From Eukaryota sp. TZLM1-RC (taxonomy: Eukaryota > Protista > Metamonada: BaSk clade): a DNA stretch of 64,000 bases. The first letter of the stretch is position 1. Each line of letters starts with the position of its first letter. The DNA is taken from the NCBI GenBank assembly GCA_040285825.1, contig JAUPSS010000004.1, forward strand, positions 124,001 through 188,000, given 5' to 3'. The notes beneath the pieces were generated by a model. The model saw nothing but the letters and a program-made list of their open reading frames with translations, was not told where the DNA came from and ran no database searches. Positions 1 to 12,413 of the stretch are shown one piece after another. Position numbers and translations under genes: made by a program.

Positions 1-1254
1 CCCTTTTTGCAGGACCAAAACTCAAAACCGAACGTTTTCACAAATATGAGAACATGCAAAGAAGCACCACTATTAAGTAAATCACAATATTTTTAAAAGA
101 AACACCACAGATAAAACATTTAATAATGGTGAATTTTCTTGAAAGTCAAAACAAGATAATAAATTACACAAAACTTAGTTTAGCACATTCCAAATTAGAA
201 GGATCTCCTCCAATTCCAGATTAACAAATACGAACCTGGTTACTGGTATGACAGAGGTGTTAGATGTAGAATAAGATAAAATCACGTATGATGACTCACA
301 ATAATTTGATTTAATGAAGCTTTTCCTTTGGTCACTGCAATAAAATCCAGCAGAAGCACTGTGAAATTTGAAGCACTGACCATTTTGTTGCTTTTGATTT
401 TCTTAGCCCAATCGCGTCCACTGACAAAAGCAAACATGCCATCGAAGAAATCCTTGAAGATTATGATACAGCTAAAGGACCTGTCTACATTATACGATAG
501 ATTAAGTGGCATGACTTCCAAGGAATTGTATTTCATTCAATCAGTTATTCAGAAGCATATCCGCGAGTTTATGGAAACTAATTCAAACAAATGTAAATTC
601 ACTCAATTCATTAGCTCAACTCAAACTCTTCCTGAGCCAAATCATTATCTGAAAAGCAGGTGGAAGAACAATTGTAAAAATTATTAATTAGGAAACATGA
701 GAATTAGGTGTATGTTTCTCACTAGTGAGCACCCTTATATAGAATAAAATTAAATAAAACTTTAGGTCAATGCAGTTTATTCAGCTAGTGGAATGCCTTT
801 GCCAATTCAAGTGTGCCTCAACTTTTTATCAGTGGTTATGGTTTAAACTGCTTAAGAAATTTGAACAATTTGAAAGGTGATAGATGGATTCAATTTAAAC
901 AAAACAAATTTGACGTATTGAGAATTAGCCAATCATTCCCTTGAGCAAAATACCCTGTTTGTTTTGAAATTGTGTGCACATTCTTGATATCAAATACCAG
1001 ACTCTATCACAAGTGAAAGAACCTTTGGTTATGTGTCATGGTTCTTTAACTTCCATTAGTCAGAATTGTAAACTTTGTCACAAAGGTTCAAGACGGATTC
1101 TTAAATAGAAACTGAATAGGAGCTGGCACATCAGATTTTGCTGGTAAAGATTGATGTCAGTACGAGTGATAATAAAGAATCTCAATAGTTGAGCTGAATA
1201 TATACTGTTTTATATATTATTATATTGTATATGTATTTAAAATGAAGCTTCCCT

Positions 1255-3440
1255 CTGAAATGACCTTTTCATGGTTGATTGCATTAAAAAAGAACGAATT
1301 GAAAATAAGACCAACTGCAATAGGTGAATCATTATCCTGAATTCTTGCTTTTGCTGTGTTTGGTAGGATTAGTAAAAAAGCTAAAGATTGTTTTAGTCCT
1401 TTTCAATTTAGATATTAAAACAGTTGATGGAGCATCTTTTGCGGCACTCTTTTCTGATGTTTTTTTAATTCAAGCAATTTGAATTATATTTTTAATTCAG
1501 ATTTTAAAAACGCTTTAAATGCAGTGAAGAGGTCGTCGTTCTTGCCCGTGCTCCAAACTCATTTCCCAGAAGCTGAGTCGTTCTTTTACAATTTTTATGG
1601 CTCACAGTCAACACTTGTATATGAAGATTTTAATTTGATATCATCGTCTGGTGTCAAACAAGGTGATCCATTAGGTCCTTTCATTTTCTGCCTTGCTATC
1701 CATCCTCTAATAAGTGAATTAAAACAAGAATTTCTAGATATTCATATTACTGCTTATATGGATGACATTTTGATAATTGGTCCAATTGATTCATTGAGAA
1801 AAATTGCTAGAATTGTTCAACAGTGCTATTATGAAATTGTTCTTTTTTTAAATATTTCCCAATGTTTGTTGATTGGTAGAGAGCATGCTGAATTCGTTAT
1901 TGATGATCAAATTGTTCCTTTCATCAACTATTTTGAATAAGGATTCCGTTTTTTAGGTTGTTATTTAGGCAATTTCGATGAAATTCAAAATCAACTTTCT
2001 TCTCTTTTAGCAAACTTTGAAGAGGAACTAATTGCTCTTTCAGATTTAAACATTGAAAAACATCTTGAATTCTTCTTTCTCAGAATTTGTTATTCACGGA
2101 AATTGACTCATATCCTACGATCAACTTCGCCATCTGTATCTCTTAAATTTTGCAGAATTTTTGATGAATTAAGAAACAAAATTTTTGGCTAATTTGCTTG
2201 ATATCGATTCTTCTTTTTTACGTAGTCAAATTTTTTGTAACACAGAATTAGGAGGCCTAGATTTTCACAAATCTAAATATTTGTGTAAAGCTACATTTTG
2301 TGGTGGGCGCAAAAAATTCATTTTTGAATTTTTGAAACCTTGTCCTGAAAACCAATATTTAATAGAACATTGTGTTAGTGATAATTTAGTGTCTGTGCAA
2401 AATGAAAGTGAATGCCTCTCTCCTTTCATCTGGTTTAAATGCTGTGTTGCCGATATTCAATATATTCCACACAGAAGTTTGGTTTTCTTGAGATTTGCAT
2501 ACGCCAAATTACAGAAAAAGATATTGAAAGTTTTTGAAAACTTGGATTTTACTGATCGTCTTAGCTTCGCTACAAAAAGCAATACCGTTCTTGCGAACTT
2601 TTTAATTGATCTTAAGGAAAGTAGCCCAAGTTGTCTCATTTCCCGGTTTCCAAATGGTTATGGTTTATTGTTAAATGATCATCAATAGACAACTACCCTA
2701 AGGATGAGGTGTTTTCTGTGGCCATACAGTGGGACAAATGATTTGATTTGTCGTTGTGGTCAGCTTATTACTTTGAATCATTGATTTAATTACAAATTTA
2801 ATACTAAATATCGCTCAGTTGTCCGTGATGCTGTCAGAGACCAACTGTATACCATGTACGAAAGCCACCTTAGTGAAGCTTTTGTTGAACCACTTGTGCG
2901 TAAATTGTCACCTGAAAATGAAGATGATAATACTTTCGGGAAACGCCGTGCTGATTTAATTACTGCTGGGTCTGATGGTGTGATCAAAGATGTTGATGTT
3001 GTCACTGTTGATGTTTGTAAAGAATCAGCAATTGATTTTGCTAAAAAAGATGAAACTCCACTTTGATTTGCTAAAAAGAGCAAAATCAAAAAGTACAAGG
3101 AGCCCTTATCTCAGCTTGGGCGTGTTGAAAGTGTTGAGCTGGTTCCATTTACTGTTTCTCTTTTTGGTAACATTGGAATAACTGGTATTAAATTCATTGA
3201 AGGTTTCAGATGTTTAATGAAACAAAAAGAAGGGAAAAAGTTGAACTTTAATTTCTGGCACAATAGAATTGTTTAGTATACTTGAAGCAATTCCTGAAAT
3301 GATAACCAAAGCACTGTTACAATTAGGAATAGAGTATGAAAATCGCGCACTGAAGAGATTTGATGATGTTGATGCGTGTACTGAGGATATTGAGTTCTTG
3401 TTTTTGTTTAGTTGTTTTGTTTGCGTTTCAAAATAAATAA
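1255..3440 (+). mobile_element. Degenerate, 5'-truncated non-LTR retrotransposon of the RLE type (CRE/SLACS-like): RT, zinc knuckle, restriction-like endonuclease
   Basis: Broken frames carry RT motifs RPTAIGE, DFKNALNAVKR, GVKQGDPLGPFIFCLAIHP, AYMDDI and ELGGL, then CRCG, EP, RRADL..DVVTVD (RLE). Ends in a T-rich tail plus AAATAAATAAA. Many stops and frameshifts. Confidence 0.85.
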
Positions 3441-3543
3441 ATTTAATTCAAAAAAACATTTCTTTGCTCTTACCCTTTTATTTATGTTTCCATTGGAGAT
3501 CCATTTCCATTTCCACATTGTCAGAAGTTAAGATACAACTTGT

Positions 3544-3966
3544 ATGACTCCCACAAACTTCAAAAATCCTTGGAAGAGAAAGGCATCTCATCAACCATCA
3601 CCAGCCAAGAAACCGTGTATTACATCAGCTGCGTTTGATGTTGAAGAACAAACAGACACTGACCTAACCGTTGACACTACCAAAACCCTACCTGATGAAT
3701 GGGAGAAAGAAAAAGCGAAGTTGAATCTCAGTGAAAAACAACTGGACTTCTCCGGTTACGTTATGCGAAAGAATCGTCTAGTGACAAGGATAACTTCCAG
3801 GTCAATGTGCATTATTGAACAGACATCAGAGGGTGTCTTCTTTGTGACACACTCTGATTCTTTTGATATGAAGTCCTTTTTTGATGGTAAGTGGATTATG
3901 AATTCCTCCAATAGAAGAAGGACCAAGAATGTGGCTATGGTCGACCGAAGCTCCCTACCACAATAA
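3544..3966 (+). CDS. Hypothetical protein (140 aa)
   Basis: ATG-initiated ORF with a basic N-terminus (KRKAS..AKKP); no recognised family. Confidence 0.4.
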   Translation: MTPTNFKNPWKRKASHQPSPAKKPCITSAAFDVEEQTDTDLTVDTTKTLPDEWEKEKAKLNLSEKQLDFSGYVMRKNRLVTRITSRSMCIIEQTSEGVFFVTHSDSFDMKSFFDGKWIMNSSNRRRTKNVAMVDRSSLPQ

Positions 3967-5221
3967 ATCGTTGGTTTTTGTTTTATATTACACTTAACTT
4001 AAGATGGTAATAACATTTTATACAAAACACACTGTGTTCACAACCCCTTAGAATGCTCAAATCCATTGAGTACTTTGAACTAAATGCAATAACTGCGTGG
4101 TGTGCAATTCTGATCCAATTCATTTCTTAAGCCAATTCATTTTTGTGTCACAAAATTGATAACATGGTTGGAGTTGAAAAATAGCTTGGTTGATGTCAAA
4201 CAAACTTTACAATTAATTAGGTTTGTTTTTCTAATGTTTGACTGTCAACAATTGTTTCTGGTTGGAACATACAAAAAAATGTAGACTATACAGACACATA
4301 TAAGTGAATATTTTTTGACCCTAATCAACTTCAAAAAGTTCAAAACTGAATAATTGCTGATCACTCACATATTTTTGTTTTTTCAAGTGGAAACTCTGAA
4401 TAGGGAGAATTGCTTTCAATATTTGATAGACACAGAAATTTGTGTCTTTCATTAGTGGATAGTAATCTAAAAAAATCAACAGAATTATAAGAAAAATAAA
4501 TACAGTCTGACTAGAATAAACAAACAGTTGTAAGAAAAACAACTGAGTTTTCATATTTGTGCAAAACTTAAGAACAGTTTTGCTGAATCCAAATCGTCAT
4601 AAATTTACATTGCTCGCAATTGTGTAGTGTTGCGTTTTGAGGAATTAATATGGGTTCATTGAAGAAAAATAATAAGCAAGAAACAATTGAAAACAAAAAA
4701 ATTCGAAATGACTTTTATTAATTTGTACATAGTAGATTAGTTTTAATTAAAGAATTAACAATTGTCTAAGCTCGCAGCATGATTACCGAATAAATCTGTG
4801 GTCATCGATGAATTGGAGGAGTTATTGTTCTATTCAACAAATTTCTGATCTTATATGAGAAATTCTAAACTTCTTCTTACGAGATTTTGAAAGAAGCAAA
4901 ACTCCATTATTACACAATGAACAGTAGAATGGGATAAACGGGGACATGAAGAAAACAAAGAAAAAATAGAGGTTTTGTTCACAAAATAAGAACAGATTAA
5001 AAACAAAACAAAACAAAAGAAACGAATATCGACTTCAAACCAAAACCAAATATAACAAGAAACACTAAAACAGTTATTTGTTCTATTCTTCTTTGTTAAC
5101 AAAATCACTGCTCCCCAGAGAAACTTTCAACAAACAATACTAAAACCTCTATATAAAAGCAAAATTTATCAAAAACAAACGGTGAGTACAAATGATTAAA
5201 AGTTGTTTCCTTTTTCCTTTC

Positions 5222-5325
5222 TCTAGGATCTCACTATGAGAGAGTTGAATCTAGTTGTTTTGTTTTGGGAGAGATGGATAATTTAAATGTTGATTTATAA
5301 GGTTTTTTAATAAATAAATATAATT
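5222..5325 (+). mobile_element. 3' end fragment of a CRE-like retroelement
   Basis: Near-copy of 22010-22095 (GGATCT(C/T)ACTATGAGAGAGTTG...TTTTGGGAGAGATGG...GTTGATTTATA). Its LGSxYE peptide resembles the C-terminus of the element at 3300-3400 (ALLQLGIEYE). Confidence 0.6.
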
Positions 5326-5339
5326 AAAAAAATGTTTTA

Positions 5340-5810
5340 ATGAGTTTCAATTTAATGTTCTGAACTGGATTATTTACTGTTGTTGAAGCTGTTGTTGACT
5401 TTGTCTCATGTAATGTTGCAAATGACATTTTGGTTCAAAGAAGAAAACTTAATCCTGTAAGTGCTCTTGAATTTAAAGCTAAGAAAAAAATAGAAAATAT
5501 GACAAAGAAATCGAAGAACCTAATGCTGATAGAAATAGATTTGTTGTTTTTAATGCTTTCCCATTTTCGATAAACGGAAGCCTATCAGTAGAAGCAGGAA
5601 CTTTTTTGAATGATTTCCAAAAAATGGTTCAAGAAAAAACAATGAAAAGATTTGATATTTTTTTATGGCGTTCACGGATTCAATTTGCCATTATCAATAG
5701 ATTTACTCGGTTTTTCAGTCGAATTAGAGAAGCTTTAGCTAGACAGCAAGCAGATCAAGATTTTGTAGAGGAAATCTTGCTTCAATGAATTTCGTCCCAT
5801 TAGTTATGAG
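5340..5810 (+). mobile_element. RLE/C-terminal fragment of a CRE-like non-LTR retroelement
   Basis: Encodes VVDFVSCNV..ALEFKAKKK and PFSINGSLSVEAGTFLNDFQKMV..FDIFLWRSRIQFAI; related copy at 44370-44520 (-). Confidence 0.7.
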
Positions 5811-5895
5811 TTTATTTTGTTAAGTGTGCAAGTTTAATAAATTAAAGTTATTATTTACTCCAAAAATCTCAATTTGTTCCCTGCGCTATTTGCCC

Positions 5896-6885
5896 ATGTC
5901 TTCCACCTCACAATCCCTACCTTGGGTGGAAAAATACCGTCCTAAAGTTCTTGATGATGTCGTTGGAAACGAAGAATGTGTAAGCAGACTTAAAGTTATG
6001 GCCGTTGAAGGCAACATGCCCAACCTTATCCTTACTGGCCCTCCTGGCTGTGGTAAGACCACTGCTATCAAATGCTTAGCCAACACCCTTCTTGGTGCAT
6101 CCGTCAAGGATGCCGTTCTTGAGCTCAATGCCTCTGATGACCGTGGTATTGATGTAGTTCGGTCAAAAATCAAAATGTTTGCACAACGCCACGTCACCCT
6201 CAACCCCGGCCAGCATAAGATAGTTATTCTTGATGAAGCTGACTCCATGACCCCTGCTGCCCAGCAAGCAATGAGAAGAACGTTGGAACTTTACACAGAG
6301 TCAACTAGATTCGCTTTAGCTTGTAACCTGTCTTCAAAAATTATTGAGCCAATTCAATCAAGATGTGCTATTTTGAGGTACAGCAGATTAGAACCCCATC
6401 AGATACTTACGCGGTTAGAATCAATATGCCAGTCGGAAGCAGTTACTTATGATGATGCTGGCCTCGAGGCTTTGATCTTTACTGCAGAAGGAGATATGAG
6501 ACAAGCTATTAATAACCTCCAGTCAACATTTACTGGGTTTGGTACCATCACTAGTGAAGCTGTTTTTAAAGTATGTGATCAACCACATCCCATTACAGCA
6601 TCTAAAATAATTGAATATTGTGAGAAGGGTCAATTAAATGATGGATTGGCAACAGTTTTGAGCCTTTATAAGCAAGGTTATTCTTCTTATGATATTGTAA
6701 ATACTTTGTTTAAAGTCTGTCAACGGATGGAGCTACCAGAATTTTTAAAACTTGAATTTCTGCGTATATTATCAATGAAATTGTATAGTATAAGTCAAGG
6801 TTCTGCTTCTGCATTACAGCTCAGTAGTTTAGTAAGTGAGTTGGTTGAGATTGTTGTCGGTCAATGTGATTTAGGGGTAAATTAA
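5896..6885 (+). CDS. RFC2: Replication factor C small subunit (RFC2 / yeast Rfc4)
   Basis: PWVEKYRP, Walker A GPPGCGKT, LELNASDDRGIDVVR, ILDEADSMT, IIEPIQSRC, GDMRQAINNLQ, VCDQPHP. The ATG at 5896 is preferred over the GTG at 5824. Confidence 0.95.
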   Translation: MSSTSQSLPWVEKYRPKVLDDVVGNEECVSRLKVMAVEGNMPNLILTGPPGCGKTTAIKCLANTLLGASVKDAVLELNASDDRGIDVVRSKIKMFAQRHVTLNPGQHKIVILDEADSMTPAAQQAMRRTLELYTESTRFALACNLSSKIIEPIQSRCAILRYSRLEPHQILTRLESICQSEAVTYDDAGLEALIFTAEGDMRQAINNLQSTFTGFGTITSEAVFKVCDQPHPITASKIIEYCEKGQLNDGLATVLSLYKQGYSSYDIVNTLFKVCQRMELPEFLKLEFLRILSMKLYSISQGSASALQLSSLVSELVEIVVGQCDLGVN

Positions 6886-7201
6886 ATGATACTTTTGGCT
6901 ATTAGTAAATTCAATATTCAAAAAGTGAATTAATGTGAATTAAAATTCTTTCCACAGCTAGCTCTTTCTTTTTTTTTCAATTGCACTAAATTGCTTGGTT
7001 CTGTGTGACTGGTACCAGAAAATGTAACTCTACTCAAATACAGCCCATATAGAAAAAAATGGAAACAACAAGTAAATATAAGAATATAAAGAATATAAGA
7101 ATTATTGAGTTTTACACCACTTAACTACCAATTTGAAGAACATTTGAATCATTTAAGAATGCAAACAAAAGTTTATTGGCAACATAAAAAACAATCAAAA
7201 T

Positions 7202-9948
7202 CTACATATAAAAGAGTGAAGTATTCAGATTAGCACTAGTTTCCAATCCTTTTTGAGGATCTTCAGCATGAAGAGTGACAAGCTGTCCAAGTTTCTGGGC
7301 ATAACGAAGTGGTGCAGGCACCTTTACTGAACCAGTAAAGTTATAGTAAAGGCCAGTGGAGGCAAAGATGGTCTCATACAATACTCTCTTTGAAAGAATA
7401 TTTGCATCAAAATCATTATACAAAATTCTGTAATGGACAGGTCTAGCAGTAGCGTGACAAGGCATGGTGATTGAATAAAATTCACCAAAGATAGAACTAT
7501 CCTTTTCCTTAATACCATCACAAACATGACTATCTACAAAAGAGCCAGGGGGCGCATTCCAATACCTTCCTTCAGCGTTTGCAAGGAAGCGAGCCGAAGA
7601 AACATCAGAAACACCAGCAAAGAAGATCTTGACGTCAAGCCCATTGAGGTATTTATTCTTAATGACATCCTTAATGGGTTCAACTTCGCGAGTTTCAACA
7701 GTAGCTTGTTCAGAAGAAGACATGCCACCTCTAAAGATGAAAATCTGAGTGGGAGGACTTGTTTGTTGGCTAGAAAAGTATTGAAGAGTCTCCTCCATCA
7801 TAGACATTAGAGGATTTTCTGTTTCCAATTCATCAGCACGGAAAGCAGCTTCAGATACTTGACGATGGCAAGAATAAGTCATAAATGGAGCACCGGGTTG
7901 AGGGTTGAAAGCCATAGTAACCAATGAATATGTTGATGGTTTACGGGCTTCACCACCTTGACCAGCGGGACCAGTGAAGGGACGTTCTACAGCAAGACCA
8001 GCCATTAGGACACAATTTTGGTTTTGAGCACCAAAAATGTCAACAGGCATTGATGTTGTCCATAACTTGGCTCCAAGTTTACATTCAGCAGCACAAAAGA
8101 TATTAGAAGCAAGAATTTTGCCAAATGGACCGTGAATTTTTGATGAATGTTTGCGGGAATTGATATACTGGGTAGCAATACCATTACGAGTGGCAAAGTT
8201 CTTGACATCACGATAATTCTCAGCCCTATCCTAAAGTTAGACCAAAATTGATTACACACATCTTCACCAATGACAAGAGCAAATTTGAGTCCAGGATGAG
8301 AACTTAAAAGTTCCCCCAATTTAATAGACAAAGATCCAGGTCTTGAATCAACTCTTATTTCCAATGGACGTTCAAGATGGGCGTTTCTATCATCGGAACT
8401 AGACATTAACTTCATGGCAGTTTCACGGAAAGTGTTGATGAAGTCATTGAAAAAACGCTCGGCTCTTGAATGGTACAAAATAGCCCAGCGATCAAGACTT
8501 TGTGTTTGACGAACTTCCAAATCACGCAATTCTCTTTCAAACTTCATTTTCCTGGAATTAGGTTACTGGAAATAATACATACTGGTCCAAGTGCAAGTCC
8601 TGGTGCTGCCTTATTTGTACATTAAATGGTTCTAATTGGGTAGTAGGAACTTTGAGAAGGTCTGGCTGAACAGAAACGCCGTACTGCTCCAAAATTCTTT
8701 CAGATGTGATACCATTTTCCTTATTAGAAGTCTTCAAAATATTGATAAAGGTAGAAACATGTTGGTGATAATCATTGGGGTTCATAGATGCTACTCTTGT
8801 GATAACATCTCTAAACTGATCAGGGAGACTCGATATTAAGCAGAGCTGAGGTGGATAAAGGGCAGGGCGTCTACCTCCACGTTTACTTCTTTCTTGAATC
8901 ATAGGCTGGTTAGGATCAAGATCAACACGGTACTTTTCCTGAAAATACTCTTGGAATGTCTTTTCTTCTCTTTTATCAAGCTTATCGGTGGGGCGGACAT
9001 TGAAAAGCACTCTGTCAATAACAAAAGTGAAGTTGTTGTGCTTCGTCATACATGACAGACCACGGAGTTTCTTGACGATCTTTCCTCTGACCGATTCAGG
9101 AACTTTGCCTTCAGAATCATAACCACCAGCACTTTGAACAGTTTCCTTAATATAGTCCAACACGGAATTTGCGAATGGTTTATGACGAATGTCTACCATT
9201 AAGATCCATTGGATGCCATCAGGGCTTGGGATTGCTCTAATTGAAGTCTTAAAACCACGAATGACCTGAAGTTCTCGATCTTTGGGGTGTTCAATTGGGT
9301 TTTTAGTATCAAAGAAACCACGGTCAAACTTTTTCAGTGTTGAAGCAGCTTCGAGCGATCGGTTAAGGATTGCATTAAGGGCAGATTGGGCTCTTTCAAT
9401 ATCAGTATCTACTAGACTTCCGAATCTGGAATAAATAAACTAATGAAACAAACTCAATAGGTGTACCACGATCAACAGAAACTGTTATTTTAGCAATTTC
9501 GCCAGCACGACCGCGTTGTTCTACTTCAAATTCACGGCACAGTTGAGGGTGATCAGCATTAGAATAGTATCGACTACCATCGAAAAGGATATCCCGTGGG
9601 ATAGTGGCATTTTCTTCCCTGGGAAAAGCTTGGCGAAGAATTTGGGATTGGACTCGATTACGTGCCTCAGGGTTAGTCACTGATTCTGGAAAGGTTATGG
9701 AATACTCAAAGATCGTGCAATCAGGTTTAAGTTCGAGGTTGAAGCAGTTACCGGTTAACTCATCAACCTGTGATTAACATCATTTTAAAGATACGTACTG
9801 AGATTCTGGAAGGGGCTCTAGGACCTCTGGGTCCACCACCGCCTCCACGGCCACCTCTAAAGTCTCCACGACCACGTCCACCACGGCCTCGACCACGGAA
9901 GTCATCACGGCCGCCTCGGCCACCACCTCTGTAATCTCGATAAGACAT
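7202..9948 (-). CDS. Argonaute/PIWI-family protein, 875 aa after splicing, RGG N-terminus, predicted slicer-inactive
   Basis: Five ORF pieces join in frame by removing GT-AG introns at 9768-9798, 9426-9453, 8552-8582 and 8231-8259. PAZ: TFQEYFQEKYRVDL..QPMI..LYPPQLC. MID: Y..VK..GIATQYI..CKLG. PIWI: NAPPGSFVD, TARPVHY, YYNFTGSVKVPAPLRYA, C-terminal LFYM. Confidence 0.93.
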
Positions 9949-9989
9949 TGGCTGCTATAACAAAGAAATTAGAAGAAAGGTTGGGAAAA

Positions 9990-11050
9990 TTAAAAACAAA
10001 TCAAAAAAATAAAAAGTAATATTTTTTTTCTTGAAATTACAAAACAAAACAAATTCAAAGACATAAGAAACAAAATTCTCCACACCAGCTCTTGAAGAAT
10101 CATTGTACAGCTTGGACATCATTAAATTTAAATATTTGGGAACACTTCTATACAAAGCAAAAGTGATACGATTCTTCCTTAAACACCCAGCAAAATCCTT
10201 ACCACTCGAACGACAAAGATTATCAAAATCATTGAGAAAATTCAAACCAGACTGACCAATATTACCAAAAATCGAGAAGACAACAGGAACAGAAGAAAAC
10301 TTCGAGTTCTTATTTAAATCATTCAATTACTAAGCATTTTTGTCTCGTTTACGAATTTCAGCCTTGTTCAAGTGGCCATTAGAACTAACTAAGACATCAT
10401 CACGATAAATTGAAACAAAGGAATCAACAGTAGTAAAATCAACAACTTGAGAGGAATCCACAAAAGGAGCAATTAAATCACCACGACGAGAATCAAACAA
10501 ATTATTATCGCTTTAATGCTTCAACAAGGGTTCTACTTTGCAAGTGAAATTGTAACACTTAACATTTCATATGTCACATCACGAACAGCCATATGAAGAA
10601 GCCTTTCATTTGAGACATTACAAGGATCAACAGATTCTACATTTACTAAAATGAAGGTTTCATTTAATCCAGGTATTATGACATCACCTCTATTATTTTT
10701 ATGTAAATGATCTTCAGCATCAAACAGATTTGACAACAGAGGTTTCAAAAAGGATTCAATTCTATGATAGTTGCACCTACAATATAATTGGTCTCTTACA
10801 GCATCATTAACCTTGCTTCTAAGGGTAATAAATGTTTACTGTTTAACAAAAGAGTAATGGCAATTTTTCGACTACATCATTAGTGACACATCATACATCT
10901 ATATGTCTTGAAGCCACTCAACTGACCACTCAAACTACTTTGACACTACATCTGTTAGATTCAAAGTTTTGAAATGGATCTTAAAGATTTGACCAATGAT
11001 TGTAATAAACAACCATTGGTCAATATACGACACTAGGAACTTCATCTTAG
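9990..11050 (-). mobile_element. Two stacked CRE-like retroelement 3' fragments (RLE domains)
   Basis: Encodes NNRGDVIIPG..VESVDPC and, separately, SRRGDLIAPFVD..DFTTVD..AEIRKRDK..PVVFSIFGNIGQSGLNFLNDF..NRITFAL; T-rich tail toward 9990. Confidence 0.75.
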
Positions 11051-11759
11051 CCTCAGTAAATCGTATCAAAAACGATACTCTTACACTTACAGCAATGGTT
11101 TTATTAAGTCATTTTAGGTCATTGGTAAATAAAGATTATCAAAAAATTATCTTTTATACTTTGAAACAAGTGTGATTTGCTGTCCAAAACAGTATACCCA
11201 GCATCACTGTTACAACTCCCTGACATTTTGAAGTTACATCATTGCTGTTACAGAGAGAGAGGAGGTTTTCGCTTCAGCTTTGAATTAGATTTGGTTTCAG
11301 GAATCAGAATATCTCATTGTATGCAGTTACCTGATGATCAATGATCAATACTACCGAGGTAGCTGCCTACTGGTTGAAGTAGACTGAAATAACAACTATC
11401 TAATAACAACTATCCCTTCTGGCACAAACAGTGACCCCTACAAATACTGGAAGGTTTTCTGAAACCCTGTAGTAACCTCTGTCACAAGTAACTGTCTAGT
11501 CTGAAACCTACGTACAGAGGTGTCAGCATCTGGTGAGAGTCCGCCAACACAGCTTTACTTCTATGATTAGTGAATAACAAATCCATATACGTGGCTCTCT
11601 CAAGTTGTGCCACTATGTCATTTGAAAGAGGATGATCAATAGTTTTCGTTCAATTTATACCTAGTTTGCTGATATTATTTGAGATATCTACTAATAATGA
11701 AATAATAAATATATTTAATATTATCCGGCTATTACAATCTACAATACATCATTTCATCA

Positions 11760-12413
11760 ATGCAATTTGCCGAAGATACATCCAAAAGAAAACGTCCCTC
11801 CACTGCTTTACAAACCCATGCTATTACTCCAAAAATCAAGCTGCTCCACTCAACTAAACGTACACTTGAAGAAATTTATGCTTCGTATAGAATTGTTTCC
11901 AGTGATGTAGAATCTTTTCAACATCAAGATCTGGGTAAAGCGAAAATTCGTAAATCCAAAAATACACATGATTTGATGGCAATTGAAGACCCGCAAAACG
12001 AAAATGTCATCAAGGAAATGCCAGATGAACCAGATAATTTGAAACCTGATTTTTGCCGAGATGAAATAATTCAACTTGGTTTTCAAGTGACGCGAACAGA
12101 TAATTTCTGTAACCTTGTATTAGAATCATCACAGTCCTTTCTCTTTTCATTCAAGAGTATATCTCATTCATCTTCCTGTTCTTATACAATTTATAAAACA
12201 ATCAATGAAAAAGATCTACTTTATCATTTTATTATCAACCTCAAAAAATGGCGTCCGTTGTTGATCTGTGGTTATAATATCAACTCATTTGATATACCAT
12301 TTATTCTTAATCAGATGGAAATTAATGAAATATCATTTGATTTCAACATTGCACTCTCCTCTGATCAATCTCCTTCTTCCTGTTTTTTCAAAAGATTGGT
12401 TACTCATACCTGA
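11760..12413 (+). pseudogene. Family B DNA polymerase 3'-5' exonuclease fragment
   Basis: ExoI-like YRIVSSDVES, P..RDEIIQLG and ExoII-like NEKDLLYHF...RPLLICGYNINSFDIPFI; no polymerase domain follows. Confidence 0.7.

Noticed and set aside
282-1200. Short ORFs at the window start, and the many short antisense/overlapping ORFs within long genes
   Set aside because: No recognisable motifs, often non-ATG starts; consistent with shadow ORFs or decayed TE DNA.
7202-9948. Argonaute as a frameshifted pseudogene or evidence of an alternative genetic code
   Set aside because: Four canonical short introns restore one ORF, and TAA, TAG and TGA all terminate genes in this window.
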